From positions 160,001-224,000 of the forward strand of contig JAZLKX010000052.1 of NCBI GenBank assembly GCA_045597865.1: 64,000 bases of DNA. The letters run 5' to 3'. Both the position numbers and the translations under genes were made by a program. The notes under the pieces are model-generated. The model did no database searches and was not told the origin of the DNA. It worked only from the letters and a program-made list of their open reading frames with translations. The number at the start of each line of letters is the position of its first letter. Within the stretch, counting starts at the first letter, position 1. This stretch comes from Bacilli bacterium. GTDB taxonomy: Bacteria; Bacillota_I; Bacilli_A; RFN20; CAG-826. Shown one piece after another: positions 18,677 to 28,397 of the stretch.

Positions 18677-20434
18677 ATGAATAAAGAAGAAATCATTGAA
18701 CAATGTGAAACATGGGCGAAGGCCAACCTTGACCCAAACTTTGAATTTAGAAAATACCAGCTTGAGTCAATAGTCTGTATTATTGAGCGTGTTATTGGCA
18801 AAGTAAAAACACAGGTTATGAATGCGCCAACAGGCTCAGGCAAATCGCTGACTGCTATTATTGCAGCTGGCGTGCTTTGGGAGTATTACAAGAAAAGAAC
18901 ATATATTCTTGTTTCTGACCTTAGCTTGTTTGACCAATATGAACAGGATCTTGCTCGCTATAACCTTCCTTGGGGTCACCTCAAAGGTAAAGACAATTAT
19001 GTTTGTGCAAGAAATGGCAATATCGTCAGCTGTGGTGAATGTGCTTTGAATATGGTTGGTACGACTGTGCTTAGTGACGATGCTCAAGCAGCCCAGCGTG
19101 GTTATGACTGTGCTAAAAACTGCGAATACATCAAGATGCGAAATCTTGCTATCAAGGCACCTGTCACTGTTATGACATACCAGCTGTATTTGATACAAAG
19201 GAATTATGTTGACACATTGATGGCTGCTGCAACAGGTGAAGCACCGTTTCCAGCCCGTGATTTTGTTATCTGTGATGAAGCTCATAAACTGCCTGATATT
19301 ATTCAGAACCACTTCGCACCGCGCATTCCGACCAAAGAACCTGAATTTATGAAGACACTGAATGAATATGCTAAGAAGCACAAACTAGCTGTTCCGAATA
19401 GCAAACAGGTTACTACCATTTCAGCTAACATACAGGCAACTGATAATCATAACGCTATCATTGCTATTATGCAGCGTTATAGTAACCTATTGTCGCAGTA
19501 TACTTCCATTAACGAAGAAGTTCGCAAGTTTGCCCAGGCGTCAAAACAGTTTAAGACGCTGAACAAATACCTAGCTGCTGGAAATCTTGCTAGGGAATGT
19601 AATTGTAAGTTTGGTGACTTCCTTACTTTGTGTGGTGAACTAGGTAATTCTATTGCCGTAAAAACTGATGGTGAAGATGAAACAGTAATCAACTGTACTT
19701 ATGAAGGACAAATGATTACGAAGTACTTCCATAATGTCAGTGAATGTGAATTGCTTATGAGCGCTACTTTAGGAAACCTTCAAATGTACCGCGAATGCAT
19801 TGGGTTAAAGAATGCTGCTGATGATATGTATAGAGGGTTGGATATTCCGTCTACATTTGACTTCAGTAAATCACCTATCTATTTCAGCGACAAGAACCCG
19901 ATGAGCTATAAGGAAAAAGCAACAAGCATTGGACCAATTTGTCAGCAGATAGCCGCTATTATTAAGACCCACAAGGGACAGCGAGGTATTATCCAAACGG
20001 GTAATTACGAGAACTCGCGAAAGCTCATGGAGAAGCTTCCAGCCGATCTTAAAAAGCGCATTATTCTTTACGGCTCAGCAAAAGAGAAAAATTACGCAAT
20101 GTCAAAATACCTAAATTCCACTGACGGTATTCTTGTTGGACCGACATTGCTTGAAGGCTTGAACTTTGATGGCGATAAATGCCGGTTCTGTATCTGTATG
20201 AAACTGCCGTATGGTAATCTGTCCAATAACCTTGTGGCGGCTAAAATGAAACTGATACCTGATTGGTATAGCTATGACTGTGCGGCTCGCCTTGAACAAG
20301 GCTTTGGACGCGGCGTTCGTTATAATGGCGACTGGTGTGTAAACTACATCCTAGACGGCTGCATAGCCAATTTCTTACGATACAGTTCAAATCAGTTTAG
20401 CAGAAACACAATGGCAAGGTTTAAAAAACTATAG
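18677..20434 (+). CDS. DinG/XPD-family Fe-S helicase
   Basis: Q motif FRKYQ, APTGSGKS, KGKDNYVC, DEAH, MSAT, EGLNF, QGFGRGVR. Confidence 0.92.
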   Translation: MNKEEIIEQCETWAKANLDPNFEFRKYQLESIVCIIERVIGKVKTQVMNAPTGSGKSLTAIIAAGVLWEYYKKRTYILVSDLSLFDQYEQDLARYNLPWGHLKGKDNYVCARNGNIVSCGECALNMVGTTVLSDDAQAAQRGYDCAKNCEYIKMRNLAIKAPVTVMTYQLYLIQRNYVDTLMAAATGEAPFPARDFVICDEAHKLPDIIQNHFAPRIPTKEPEFMKTLNEYAKKHKLAVPNSKQVTTISANIQATDNHNAIIAIMQRYSNLLSQYTSINEEVRKFAQASKQFKTLNKYLAAGNLARECNCKFGDFLTLCGELGNSIAVKTDGEDETVINCTYEGQMITKYFHNVSECELLMSATLGNLQMYRECIGLKNAADDMYRGLDIPSTFDFSKSPIYFSDKNPMSYKEKATSIGPICQQIAAIIKTHKGQRGIIQTGNYENSRKLMEKLPADLKKRIILYGSAKEKNYAMSKYLNSTDGILVGPTLLEGLNFDGDKCRFCICMKLPYGNLSNNLVAAKMKLIPDWYSYDCAARLEQGFGRGVRYNGDWCVNYILDGCIANFLRYSSNQFSRNTMARFKKL

Positions 20435-20444
20435 GAGAAAAATT

Positions 20445-21047
20445 ATGTCTTTATCCATACACCAGCTTGATGATGACATTAGGCATTATGAAACAAAGCT
20501 GGCTTTTCATAAAAAACTAAAAGCTGATATTGAAAGCTGTGAGTTTATACAGAAGTTGTCTGCAATGCCAAATATCAAGGTTAATATCGAGTACCCAAAT
20601 CAAGGACGAAACTTCAGCCGAGACTTTGTTGGATATACTGTACATTTTTATGCATCTGGAAAAGACAGCCAAGATCTGCCTAGCCTTTTCTATATCACAG
20701 GTAACATAAAACCATCTACTGAAGATAACGAACAATGGATAACTCTAAACCGTATTTCTTTTACTGGTCTTTGCCATGCAAAAACCGGTGCTTTATATAA
20801 AGCTGTAGATAACGCAACATTTAGAAAGTATAGTGGTGCAGGCGATATGAACAAAGCTTTTGACTTATTCACTATGATAAATGAAGTTATCACTAGCTGT
20901 GATGATTACACATACGAAACATATTGGAATGGCGCTAAATACAAATGTCCGTCACAATCAATGGTTGATGGTTTAACTAGAAAGTTTACTGTTATCAAGC
21001 AGAAAGCGGACATTATGAAAGAGTCCAAAAGGCTGAAAGCTAAGTAG
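20445..21047 (+). CDS. hypothetical protein
   Basis: 200-aa ORF with AGGAG RBS. Confidence 0.7.
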   Translation: MSLSIHQLDDDIRHYETKLAFHKKLKADIESCEFIQKLSAMPNIKVNIEYPNQGRNFSRDFVGYTVHFYASGKDSQDLPSLFYITGNIKPSTEDNEQWITLNRISFTGLCHAKTGALYKAVDNATFRKYSGAGDMNKAFDLFTMINEVITSCDDYTYETYWNGAKYKCPSQSMVDGLTRKFTVIKQKADIMKESKRLKAK

Positions 21048-21052
21048 CACCT

Positions 21053-21091
21053 AACTAAACCTCTAGTAATAAATATATTAGAGGTTTAGTT
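21053..21091 (+). promoter_or_regulatory. RBS-sequestering hairpin with late promoter in the loop
   Basis: AACTAAACCTCTA / TAGAGGTTTAGTT 13-bp inverted repeat around TAATAAATA. Confidence 0.8.
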
Positions 21092-21092
21092 T

Positions 21093-21962
21093 ATGATGAA
21101 TTTTAAAGATCCGCGTCCTGCGCCGCCATCTCCGGCTCCATACGATCCTAAGCGTCAGCCGGATCCACAGCCAGGCAATTATTGTGCAGCCCAAGATGGC
21201 TTTATGGCTGCTCATCGTATTCAGAATGTAGCTGAACTGCGTGCTTATATCAAAAGACAGCTTGGTTCTCCTGTTATTTGTGTTGAAATTTCTGACGAAC
21301 AGCTAGATGACATTATCCGCGATACTGTTCAGTATATTCAGCGTTATTATCTAGGTCAGGGTAATTATAGCGATTACCTTATTATGGAATTACTGCCAGG
21401 TGTTTCCAAGTATAAATTATGTCAGGAATTAGAGTCAGTCGTTGACTTCAAGACTTCCAATTATTTTGGCGGTATTAACGAACTTTTCACGGTTCCGCAT
21501 GCTTTGCTATATGACCAGGTTATGGGCATGAACTGCTGGCAGGGTAACTGCTTCGGTAACTCAGCTTCTTATGGTAACATTTTGGGTAACTGGAAGGCAA
21601 CCTTGACATGGCTTGCCGAGGCTGATGAAATGTTTGGTGAACACTATGTTGTTCGCTATAATGAAAAAGAAAAAGAGCTTGAAGTTATGCCTCCACCAAA
21701 AACGCCTGTTAAGGGTATGATGAAGGTTTACAAGCGTCAGCGTTCAGAAAAGATTTTCAATGACTGGATGTTCAAAAAGATGGTTGTTGCTAAGGCTGGT
21801 ATGGTATGGACCAACGCGCTGAGGAAATATCAGTTAGCGATTTCAGGCGGCGGTTCCTTGAACGCCGACTCGCTCTATACAACATACAAAGAAGACTGGG
21901 ATTGGTGCGTAGAACACATTGAATTTGAAAGTCCAAATGGCCACTGTTTCGCGGTAGGTTAA
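21093..21962 (+). CDS. neck protein (T4 gp13-like)
   Basis: ELRAYIKRQLGSPVICVEISDEQLDD; W..AL.KY....GG..LN. Confidence 0.88.
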   Translation: MMNFKDPRPAPPSPAPYDPKRQPDPQPGNYCAAQDGFMAAHRIQNVAELRAYIKRQLGSPVICVEISDEQLDDIIRDTVQYIQRYYLGQGNYSDYLIMELLPGVSKYKLCQELESVVDFKTSNYFGGINELFTVPHALLYDQVMGMNCWQGNCFGNSASYGNILGNWKATLTWLAEADEMFGEHYVVRYNEKEKELEVMPPPKTPVKGMMKVYKRQRSEKIFNDWMFKKMVVAKAGMVWTNALRKYQLAISGGGSLNADSLYTTYKEDWDWCVEHIEFESPNGHCFAVG

Positions 21963-22093
21963 GTAAACAAAATTTTACATTAAGGACAGATAGGTTGTCA
22001 ATTCCTATTTGGCAGGGCACGCCAATGCCCTGCCTAACTTATATAAATAATATAGACGAATTGGCGTTCGTCTTAAAATAAAGGAAATTGACA

Positions 22094-23839
22094 ATGGATA
22101 TAGAAAATGCTATTTTTATTGATGAAAATGCAGATCTTCATCAAATTAAAAACACCAATACAGTAAAATTCATATGCAAAGACTGCGATAACGCAGTCTA
22201 TATGATTTTTAAATGCTTCAAAAAATCCAAATTATTTTTGTGTAAGTCTTGTAAAACAAAAAAGACATGCACCGTTAAATATGGCAGTCCAAATATGTTT
22301 GCGTCAGATGCTTTAAAGCAGGCGAGACTGAAAAAACAAAATGGCAAATGGATAACCGATGATGCTAAAGAAAAAATGAAAACGACTAAGACAGAAAAAT
22401 ACGATGATCCGTATTATACAAATAGAGCAAAATCAGCAGAATCCTTTAAACGTCACAAAGAAGAAAAACCGCATTTCTTAGAAAGCATTAAAGAAAAAAC
22501 AAAAAATACATGCATGCAAAAATATAATGTTGAACATGTTTCACATACACAAGAATGGCAAGATAAACATAAATTAACTTGTTTAGAAAAATACGGCACC
22601 GAATGGTATTTTCAGTCAAATGACGCTAAAACCAAAATAACGCAATCATTGCTTACTAGATATAATGTTGAACATGCACTACAATGCGATAAATTTAAAA
22701 CCAAGGCATTTAGCAAACATGGCATGACACGTCCTGAAAAAAAGATTTATGAATTTTTAACTAATCGTAAATTTCAATTCAAACACCAGTATGCAGTCAA
22801 TGGCAAGTCATTTGATTTTGCGATTTTTAATAATGATAAATTGGAAATCTTAATTGAAATAGACGGCGTGTATTTTCATGGACTGTTGGAAGACTGCAAT
22901 GGCAAACACAGCCGCGGTGAACTAGACCATGAAAGATTTGCATTAGTTCCAGAAAATGTTAAATTTATAGTATGCGATGACAAAAATATTGACGCATGTT
23001 TTAGTGAAATTCTAAAAGTGTATGATATTAACTATGATAAATGGATTGATGATATGATTGAAGCATTACCGGCTAATTTTCCATACCCATCATATACTTT
23101 GAAACGAATGATGAAAGATTATGATCATTTAATTAAAAACGATTATAACAAACACGCAAATTTAGGATTAAGTATCATTCATAACTTTCATAAATCAATA
23201 TGGACTGCGCATCGTGAAAATATGTTATCTCCAGTATCATGCTGGCAAGATCCTGAAAAGTTAAAAAAATCAGTTAAGAATCGTGTAATATACAGTTCAT
23301 CATTATCATCACAGCAAATTGCTCGTGGATTTAATATTAGTGGTATAGCGAAAACCGTTTCAGTTTTCAACGCATCATTAGCAAAACACATCATTGAAAC
23401 ATATCTTGCTGAATATGATACTGTTTTTGACCCATTTAGCGGTTTTAGTGGCAGAATGCTTGGAACATGTGCATGTAATAAAAAGTACATTGGCCAAGAT
23501 ATCAATGAAAAACATGTAAACGAAAGCAATGAAATCATCAAAACATTTAATCTAAATGCAGCAGTCACAGAAAAAGACATATTTGAAAGCGAAGGTGAGT
23601 ATGACTGCCTATTTACATGCAGTCCGTATCATTTAAAAGAAATCTGGAATGAAACTGAAACTGACATGAGCTGCGATGCATGGATTGACGAATGTCTTAA
23701 ACGATTTAAATGTAAACGATATGTGTTTGTGGTTGACGAAACGGAAAAGTATAAAGACTTCGTTGCTGAGACATTAGTCAATAAAAGTCATTTTGGTAAA
23801 AACAATGAATTTATCATCGTAATAAATAATATAAAATAA
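22094..23839 (+). CDS. free-standing endonuclease (Vsr/DUF559-like) fused to an amino-DNA methyltransferase domain
   Basis: Zn-ribbon, T(C)xxKYG/N repeats, PEKKIY...FDFAI...IEIDGVYFH nuclease, VFDPFSGFSGR (motif I), IGQDINE, LFTCSPY (motif IV-like); AT-rich. Confidence 0.75.
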   Translation: MDIENAIFIDENADLHQIKNTNTVKFICKDCDNAVYMIFKCFKKSKLFLCKSCKTKKTCTVKYGSPNMFASDALKQARLKKQNGKWITDDAKEKMKTTKTEKYDDPYYTNRAKSAESFKRHKEEKPHFLESIKEKTKNTCMQKYNVEHVSHTQEWQDKHKLTCLEKYGTEWYFQSNDAKTKITQSLLTRYNVEHALQCDKFKTKAFSKHGMTRPEKKIYEFLTNRKFQFKHQYAVNGKSFDFAIFNNDKLEILIEIDGVYFHGLLEDCNGKHSRGELDHERFALVPENVKFIVCDDKNIDACFSEILKVYDINYDKWIDDMIEALPANFPYPSYTLKRMMKDYDHLIKNDYNKHANLGLSIIHNFHKSIWTAHRENMLSPVSCWQDPEKLKKSVKNRVIYSSSLSSQQIARGFNISGIAKTVSVFNASLAKHIIETYLAEYDTVFDPFSGFSGRMLGTCACNKKYIGQDINEKHVNESNEIIKTFNLNAAVTEKDIFESEGEYDCLFTCSPYHLKEIWNETETDMSCDAWIDECLKRFKCKRYVFVVDETEKYKDFVAETLVNKSHFGKNNEFIIVINNIK

Positions 23840-23867
23840 GATTTATTTACATTAAACATAGGTTAAA

Positions 23868-24521
23868 ATGCTTTTGTCTGAGGCAAATCAAATACTTAAT
23901 TCGGCTGGATATAGCCTTATCTGTGAAGAGTTTGAAAAAGTAACTCCTGAAATCCTAGATAAGGTTACTCAGCGTGTTTCTGACCATATTACTCGCGTTA
24001 AGCATTTCTATAATGTATTGCTTAATAGTAATATGATTCCTGCTGAATACAAAAATACAGCAAGCGTAATGAAACATGACCGTGATAAATTAGCTCCACG
24101 TAACTTAAAAAGACAGGCATTGCGTTACTGCTATACTGAAGAAGAAATGACACCTGAAATTAAGCGTGAAATTAACGCAGTGGTTCAAGAACATGTAACT
24201 GCTAACAAGCATCACGCCGAATACTGGTGGTCAGGTGACTGGAAAGACAAAAATCAAGACTGTACATCAATGCCGCTTGAATACATTTATGAAATGATGG
24301 CTGATTGGGCTGCTACTGCTGAAGAGCGCGGAACCTCGTTAGTCAAATGGTATACAGACGGTGTAGTTAATGTTGGCGGTGTTCATTGGAAATTTACTGA
24401 TGAGGCTGCTGCTGAAATTGCTAAATGCGTCAATTTCCTTAAAGACAAAATTGACCCATCAATGAAAAGAAACTATGGGCTAACACAAATCGCATCATTA
24501 ACGGCGATGCTGGCTAAATAA
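23868..24521 (+). CDS. HD-superfamily (DUF5662-like) protein with MLLSEA leader
   Basis: H...V, HDRDK, NKHHAEYW, MP.EYIYEMMADW motifs. Confidence 0.7.
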   Translation: MLLSEANQILNSAGYSLICEEFEKVTPEILDKVTQRVSDHITRVKHFYNVLLNSNMIPAEYKNTASVMKHDRDKLAPRNLKRQALRYCYTEEEMTPEIKREINAVVQEHVTANKHHAEYWWSGDWKDKNQDCTSMPLEYIYEMMADWAATAEERGTSLVKWYTDGVVNVGGVHWKFTDEAAAEIAKCVNFLKDKIDPSMKRNYGLTQIASLTAMLAK

Positions 24522-24556
24522 TTTGTCCCGGAGATAGTGCTCTGGAACTTACCCAG

Positions 24557-24585
24557 GCTAGGGAACAAAAGTTCCCTAGCTTTTT
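24557..24585. terminator. terminator between convergent genes
   Basis: GCTAGGGAAC-AAAA-GTTCCCTAGC plus T run; near-identical stem at 38803. Confidence 0.8.
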
Positions 24586-24588
24586 AGT

Positions 24589-25116
24589 TTACAGTTCCAT
24601 ATACCGATCGTCCCACATTGGAACATCTTCATCGCAAATAGATTTTGACCCAATAGTCAACGGTTCAGATTCCATGTCAGTTTCGCCGTTAAAATCTTCA
24701 AGTTGAAATCCGTAGTTTTGATAACATGCCTGAGCAGTCAAATTATCTCGTCCAGTATAGAGACGAATGTACTTAAATCCCAGCCTTCTTGCTTCTGCCT
24801 CAAACAGCTCAAGGATTTTTGTGCCATATCCTTTTCTACGATGTTCTGGCAAAACGGAAAACCATCCGAGCCAGGCTGATTCCTTTTCTTCGATTTTCGT
24901 TGTGTATAGACCCCATTGCCCAACCAAAGTATCTTCGTCGTAAACGAGATAATACTTTACATTTACATCACCTATGCCCAAAACGGAACATTCAAAAATG
25001 TCTTTACCGTCCATAAATGTATAGTCAAGTGCTGCTTCTTTAGGAAAGTTTGTCTTCCAAAGATCCTGAATTATTTTAAGATTATCTTTGTTAATAGGTA
25101 CGCTTCTAAGATTCAT
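24589..25116 (-). CDS. GNAT family N-acetyltransferase
   Basis: WFSVLPEHRRKGYG acetyl-CoA motif, N..A...Y..YGF; the only convincing minus-strand gene. Confidence 0.88.
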   Translation of the reverse strand: MNLRSVPINKDNLKIIQDLWKTNFPKEAALDYTFMDGKDIFECSVLGIGDVNVKYYLVYDEDTLVGQWGLYTTKIEEKESAWLGWFSVLPEHRRKGYGTKILELFEAEARRLGFKYIRLYTGRDNLTAQACYQNYGFQLEDFNGETDMESEPLTIGSKSICDEDVPMWDDRYMEL

Positions 25117-25172
25117 ATGATATTCCTTATCTTTCTTTGCTTATTTATAAATAAATCAAAGGAGATTTTAAT

Positions 25173-25838
25173 ATGGAAGACGCAAAGTATCTTTTGCAGG
25201 AAGCCAACCTAGGCGACCAGCGCTCAATCTGCGAAGACTATAACGGTGAAAAATTCATGTACTTGGAAGGTCCGTTCCTTGGTGCTGAAAAACGTAACCG
25301 TAATGGTCGCATTTATAAGCGTTCTCTTATTGAACGCGAAGTTAACAAGTTCCAGACAATGATTAAGAATGCTGAATCTTTTGGCGAGTTGAACCATCCT
25401 GATTCTGCTGTTCCTAATCCTGACCGTTTCGGCGTTTTGATTACCAAGCTTGATATGGACGGCGACCTTGCTATCGGTAAGGCTCGTGTTTTGCCTACGC
25501 CTTGTGGTAAGACTATTGAAGGCATTATCCGTGGCGGTGGCCGTTTGGGTATGAGTTCTCGTGGCACAGGTTCACTTGGTGCAGACAATATCGTTTGTGA
25601 AGACTATAATTTGATTACTATTGACTGTGTATTCATGCCGTCTTGTCCAGATGCATATGTGAACGCCGTTAATGAATCTACTCAATGGGTTCTTGACGAA
25701 TCTACCAATCTTTATATCGAAAAGAAGGTTGCTGTTGACCAAGCTTATAATAAGTTCCACAAGGAAATTGATAAACGCGGCTCAAAAGCAATAGTCAATG
25801 CTTTTAAAGACTATTTGAATGTGATTAAAGGTTGCTAA
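25173..25838 (+). CDS. prohead core protein protease (T4 gp21-like)
   Basis: LEGPFLGAEKRNRNGRIY, GELNHP, TPCGK, GMSSRGTGSL, PSCPDAYV. Confidence 0.95.
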   Translation: MEDAKYLLQEANLGDQRSICEDYNGEKFMYLEGPFLGAEKRNRNGRIYKRSLIEREVNKFQTMIKNAESFGELNHPDSAVPNPDRFGVLITKLDMDGDLAIGKARVLPTPCGKTIEGIIRGGGRLGMSSRGTGSLGADNIVCEDYNLITIDCVFMPSCPDAYVNAVNESTQWVLDESTNLYIEKKVAVDQAYNKFHKEIDKRGSKAIVNAFKDYLNVIKGC

Positions 25839-25847
25839 TAAATAGAG

Positions 25848-25878
25848 TACAGCTAAGCCAGAACTTAGCTGTATTTTT
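25848..25878 (+). terminator. rho-independent terminator
   Basis: TACAGCTAAG...CTTAGCTGTA plus T run. Confidence 0.75.
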
Positions 25879-25914
25879 ATAAGTTAACGCCGTCTAAATA
25901 CCGAGGTGTCCTGA

Positions 25915-27636
25915 ATGATTTGTAAAGAATGTGGATGTGATGTTGGCTCGCTAGGTATGCACATTAAGCATAAACATGGAATGAATGCTGAAACATACTA
26001 TAATAAACATATAGCTGCAACTAATGGAATTTGTAAAACATGTGGAAAGCCAACAAAATTCATTGGTATAGAAAAAGGCGGATATAGACAATACTGCAGT
26101 GTTAAATGCATGGCTAATTCTGAAGAAATTAAAGATAAGCGTGAACAGACTAATCTTAAAATTCGTGGAGTCAAATGTAATCTAGCTTCAGCAGAAAATC
26201 GTGAAAAACAGTATGAAACGTGCCTAAAGAAATATGGAACGAAATTTCCACAACAGTTAGATAGCATTAAAGAGAAGGCGAAAACAACCAATCTTGAAAG
26301 ACGCGGAACTGAATGGTTTGTGCAAACAGATGAATTTAAAGAAAAGATAAAACAGAACTGTTTGAATAAATCAGATGGAAAATACACATGGACTTCGCAG
26401 TTTCCTGAAACCATTGAAAAACGTGTTGCTGCGTTTAAAGAAAATCATGAACAATGGTTAAACCGTTATACCGAAACGTGCAATGAACGTTATGGCGTAA
26501 ACAATCCAATGCAAGTTCCGGAAATTCGTAAAAGATCTCAGCACAAATATACATATGATGGAATTAACTTCGACAGTAGTGCAGAACTGGCATATTATAT
26601 CTGGCTTACAGACAAAAATGTTAAGTTTGAATACCAGCCAAATGTTTCATTTAGTTTTGCTTATAATGGAAAAGAACATTCATATCAGCCAGATTTTCTA
26701 GTAGATGGCAAATACATAGAACTAAAAGGAAGTTACTTTTTTGAAAATGGTAAAATGATAAACCCGTATGACAGAACACAAGACGGTTTATACGAAGCAA
26801 AACATCAATGTATGATTGCTAATAATGTACAGATAGTCACTGATTATTCGTCATACAAAAACTATGTAGACGAAAAGTATACAAAAGACTTTCTTCAACT
26901 ATTTAGAAATGATCTTCCATTTCCATATATAAATGCTGACTTATCTGATACAAGTGATTTAGGCGTAATTCATCACTTTCATAAATCAATATATGAAGCT
27001 TCCAGAAAAAATACCGTTTCGCCGCTGCTTGCGTGGGAAAACAAAGAATTGGTTAAGAAGTGTGCATTGAATAGACTTAAATATGTTAAACGTTGTAAGC
27101 CGGGAGATATTCTTCAGGGATTTAATGTTGCCAAAATAGCGCCAAAAGTTTCATTATTTAAGCCAACATTGGCTGAAAGGCTAATAAACAAATATCTTGC
27201 CAAATATGATACCGTTTTTGACCCATTTAGTGGTTTTTCGGGAAGAATGATCGGCTGTGAGAACTGTGGCAAAAAATATATTGGACAAGACATAAATGAA
27301 AAACATATATCTGAAGGAAACGAAATCATTGCATATAAAAACTATCAAAATAGCAGCTTAGCCGTTCAGGATGTTTTAACCGATACCAATAAGAAATTTG
27401 CGTGTTTGTTTACTTGTCCACCCTATGGCGGTAAAGAACATTGGAATATAAATAATGATGAAGTTGAAAAAACATGCGATGAATGGATAGATATCTGTTT
27501 AGAAAAGTATGATTGTGAATCATATCTTTTTGTTGTGGATAAAACTAATAAATATAAATATAATATCGTTGAAACTATTACTAATAAAAGTCATTTTGGC
27601 AACAATAATGAATATGTTATATTCATAAAGAGGTAA
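25915..27636 (+). CDS. free-standing PD-(D/E)xK endonuclease fused to an amino-DNA methyltransferase domain
   Basis: C2H2 and CxxC Zn fingers, TCxxKYG repeats, FDSSAE...EYQP...YQPDF...IELKG nuclease, VFDPFSGFSGR, IGQDINE, LFTCPPY. Confidence 0.75.
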   Translation: MICKECGCDVGSLGMHIKHKHGMNAETYYNKHIAATNGICKTCGKPTKFIGIEKGGYRQYCSVKCMANSEEIKDKREQTNLKIRGVKCNLASAENREKQYETCLKKYGTKFPQQLDSIKEKAKTTNLERRGTEWFVQTDEFKEKIKQNCLNKSDGKYTWTSQFPETIEKRVAAFKENHEQWLNRYTETCNERYGVNNPMQVPEIRKRSQHKYTYDGINFDSSAELAYYIWLTDKNVKFEYQPNVSFSFAYNGKEHSYQPDFLVDGKYIELKGSYFFENGKMINPYDRTQDGLYEAKHQCMIANNVQIVTDYSSYKNYVDEKYTKDFLQLFRNDLPFPYINADLSDTSDLGVIHHFHKSIYEASRKNTVSPLLAWENKELVKKCALNRLKYVKRCKPGDILQGFNVAKIAPKVSLFKPTLAERLINKYLAKYDTVFDPFSGFSGRMIGCENCGKKYIGQDINEKHISEGNEIIAYKNYQNSSLAVQDVLTDTNKKFACLFTCPPYGGKEHWNINNDEVEKTCDEWIDICLEKYDCESYLFVVDKTNKYKYNIVETITNKSHFGNNNEYVIFIKR

Positions 27637-27638
27637 AC

Positions 27639-28244
27639 ATGAAGTTAAATGAAGGATTCTTTAAATCTGCTTACGAACGTTATGTTCAAAAAGTTCTAAA
27701 GCTAGCTGCTAAAATGGCTGGACAACCTATTGTACTAACTGCCAAAGTTGAAGATTGGATTAAAGATTTCTATGAAGACTCGTTTGACCCTATGGACTGT
27801 GCTCATGCCGTTGTTGACAGCTGTCTTAGAGAAGGCTTTATAAATACTACCCAAACGTTAAAAGAAGAGGTGAATATGAATGGTGAAGAAGAGTTGATGA
27901 TCGCAAAACGCACTGCTGAACGTGCCGGCTACAAGGTTGAAATGCCAAGGCCTTCTGCTCGTGGTGCTATTGCAGATAACGCTGCACGCATTGCTGCTGC
28001 GAAGGCACGCCTTGGTTATGGTGATGCACCGCAGGCAGCACCTGCTAGATCTGTTGCTGATGATTTGGACCGCCTAGCTTTGGCAGCTCGTACTGCAGAA
28101 AAGGCTGGATATACGGTTCGTAAGATTGACGCTGCCCCGGCACCTGCTCCTGAACCAGCACCTGCACCGCAGAGTGAACCTACTAAGAAGGAATACTCTC
28201 CGTGGCTTGCTGGCGCTGCAAAATTCATGAGTCGTGAACAGTAA
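27639..28244 (+). CDS. hypothetical head-associated protein with an internal repeat
   Basis: MKLNE start; twice-repeated RTAE(R/K)AGY.V; Pro/Ala linkers. Confidence 0.65.
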   Translation: MKLNEGFFKSAYERYVQKVLKLAAKMAGQPIVLTAKVEDWIKDFYEDSFDPMDCAHAVVDSCLREGFINTTQTLKEEVNMNGEEELMIAKRTAERAGYKVEMPRPSARGAIADNAARIAAAKARLGYGDAPQAAPARSVADDLDRLALAARTAEKAGYTVRKIDAAPAPAPEPAPAPQSEPTKKEYSPWLAGAAKFMSREQ

Positions 28245-28263
28245 CGCTAAAAAGAAAATTTTT

Positions 28264-28294
28264 AGGCGGTCGGTAATTCCGACCGTCTTTTTTT
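28264..28294 (+). terminator. rho-independent terminator
   Basis: AGGCGGTCGG...CCGACCGTCT plus T run. Confidence 0.85.
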
Positions 28295-28397
28295 ATATTT
28301 ACATCAGGATTTAATGTAACTGCCTAATAAATAAATCACCATCAAATTGAGTATGTTTATTTGACGTGAATTTATTGTTAGGATAAAAGAGGATAAT

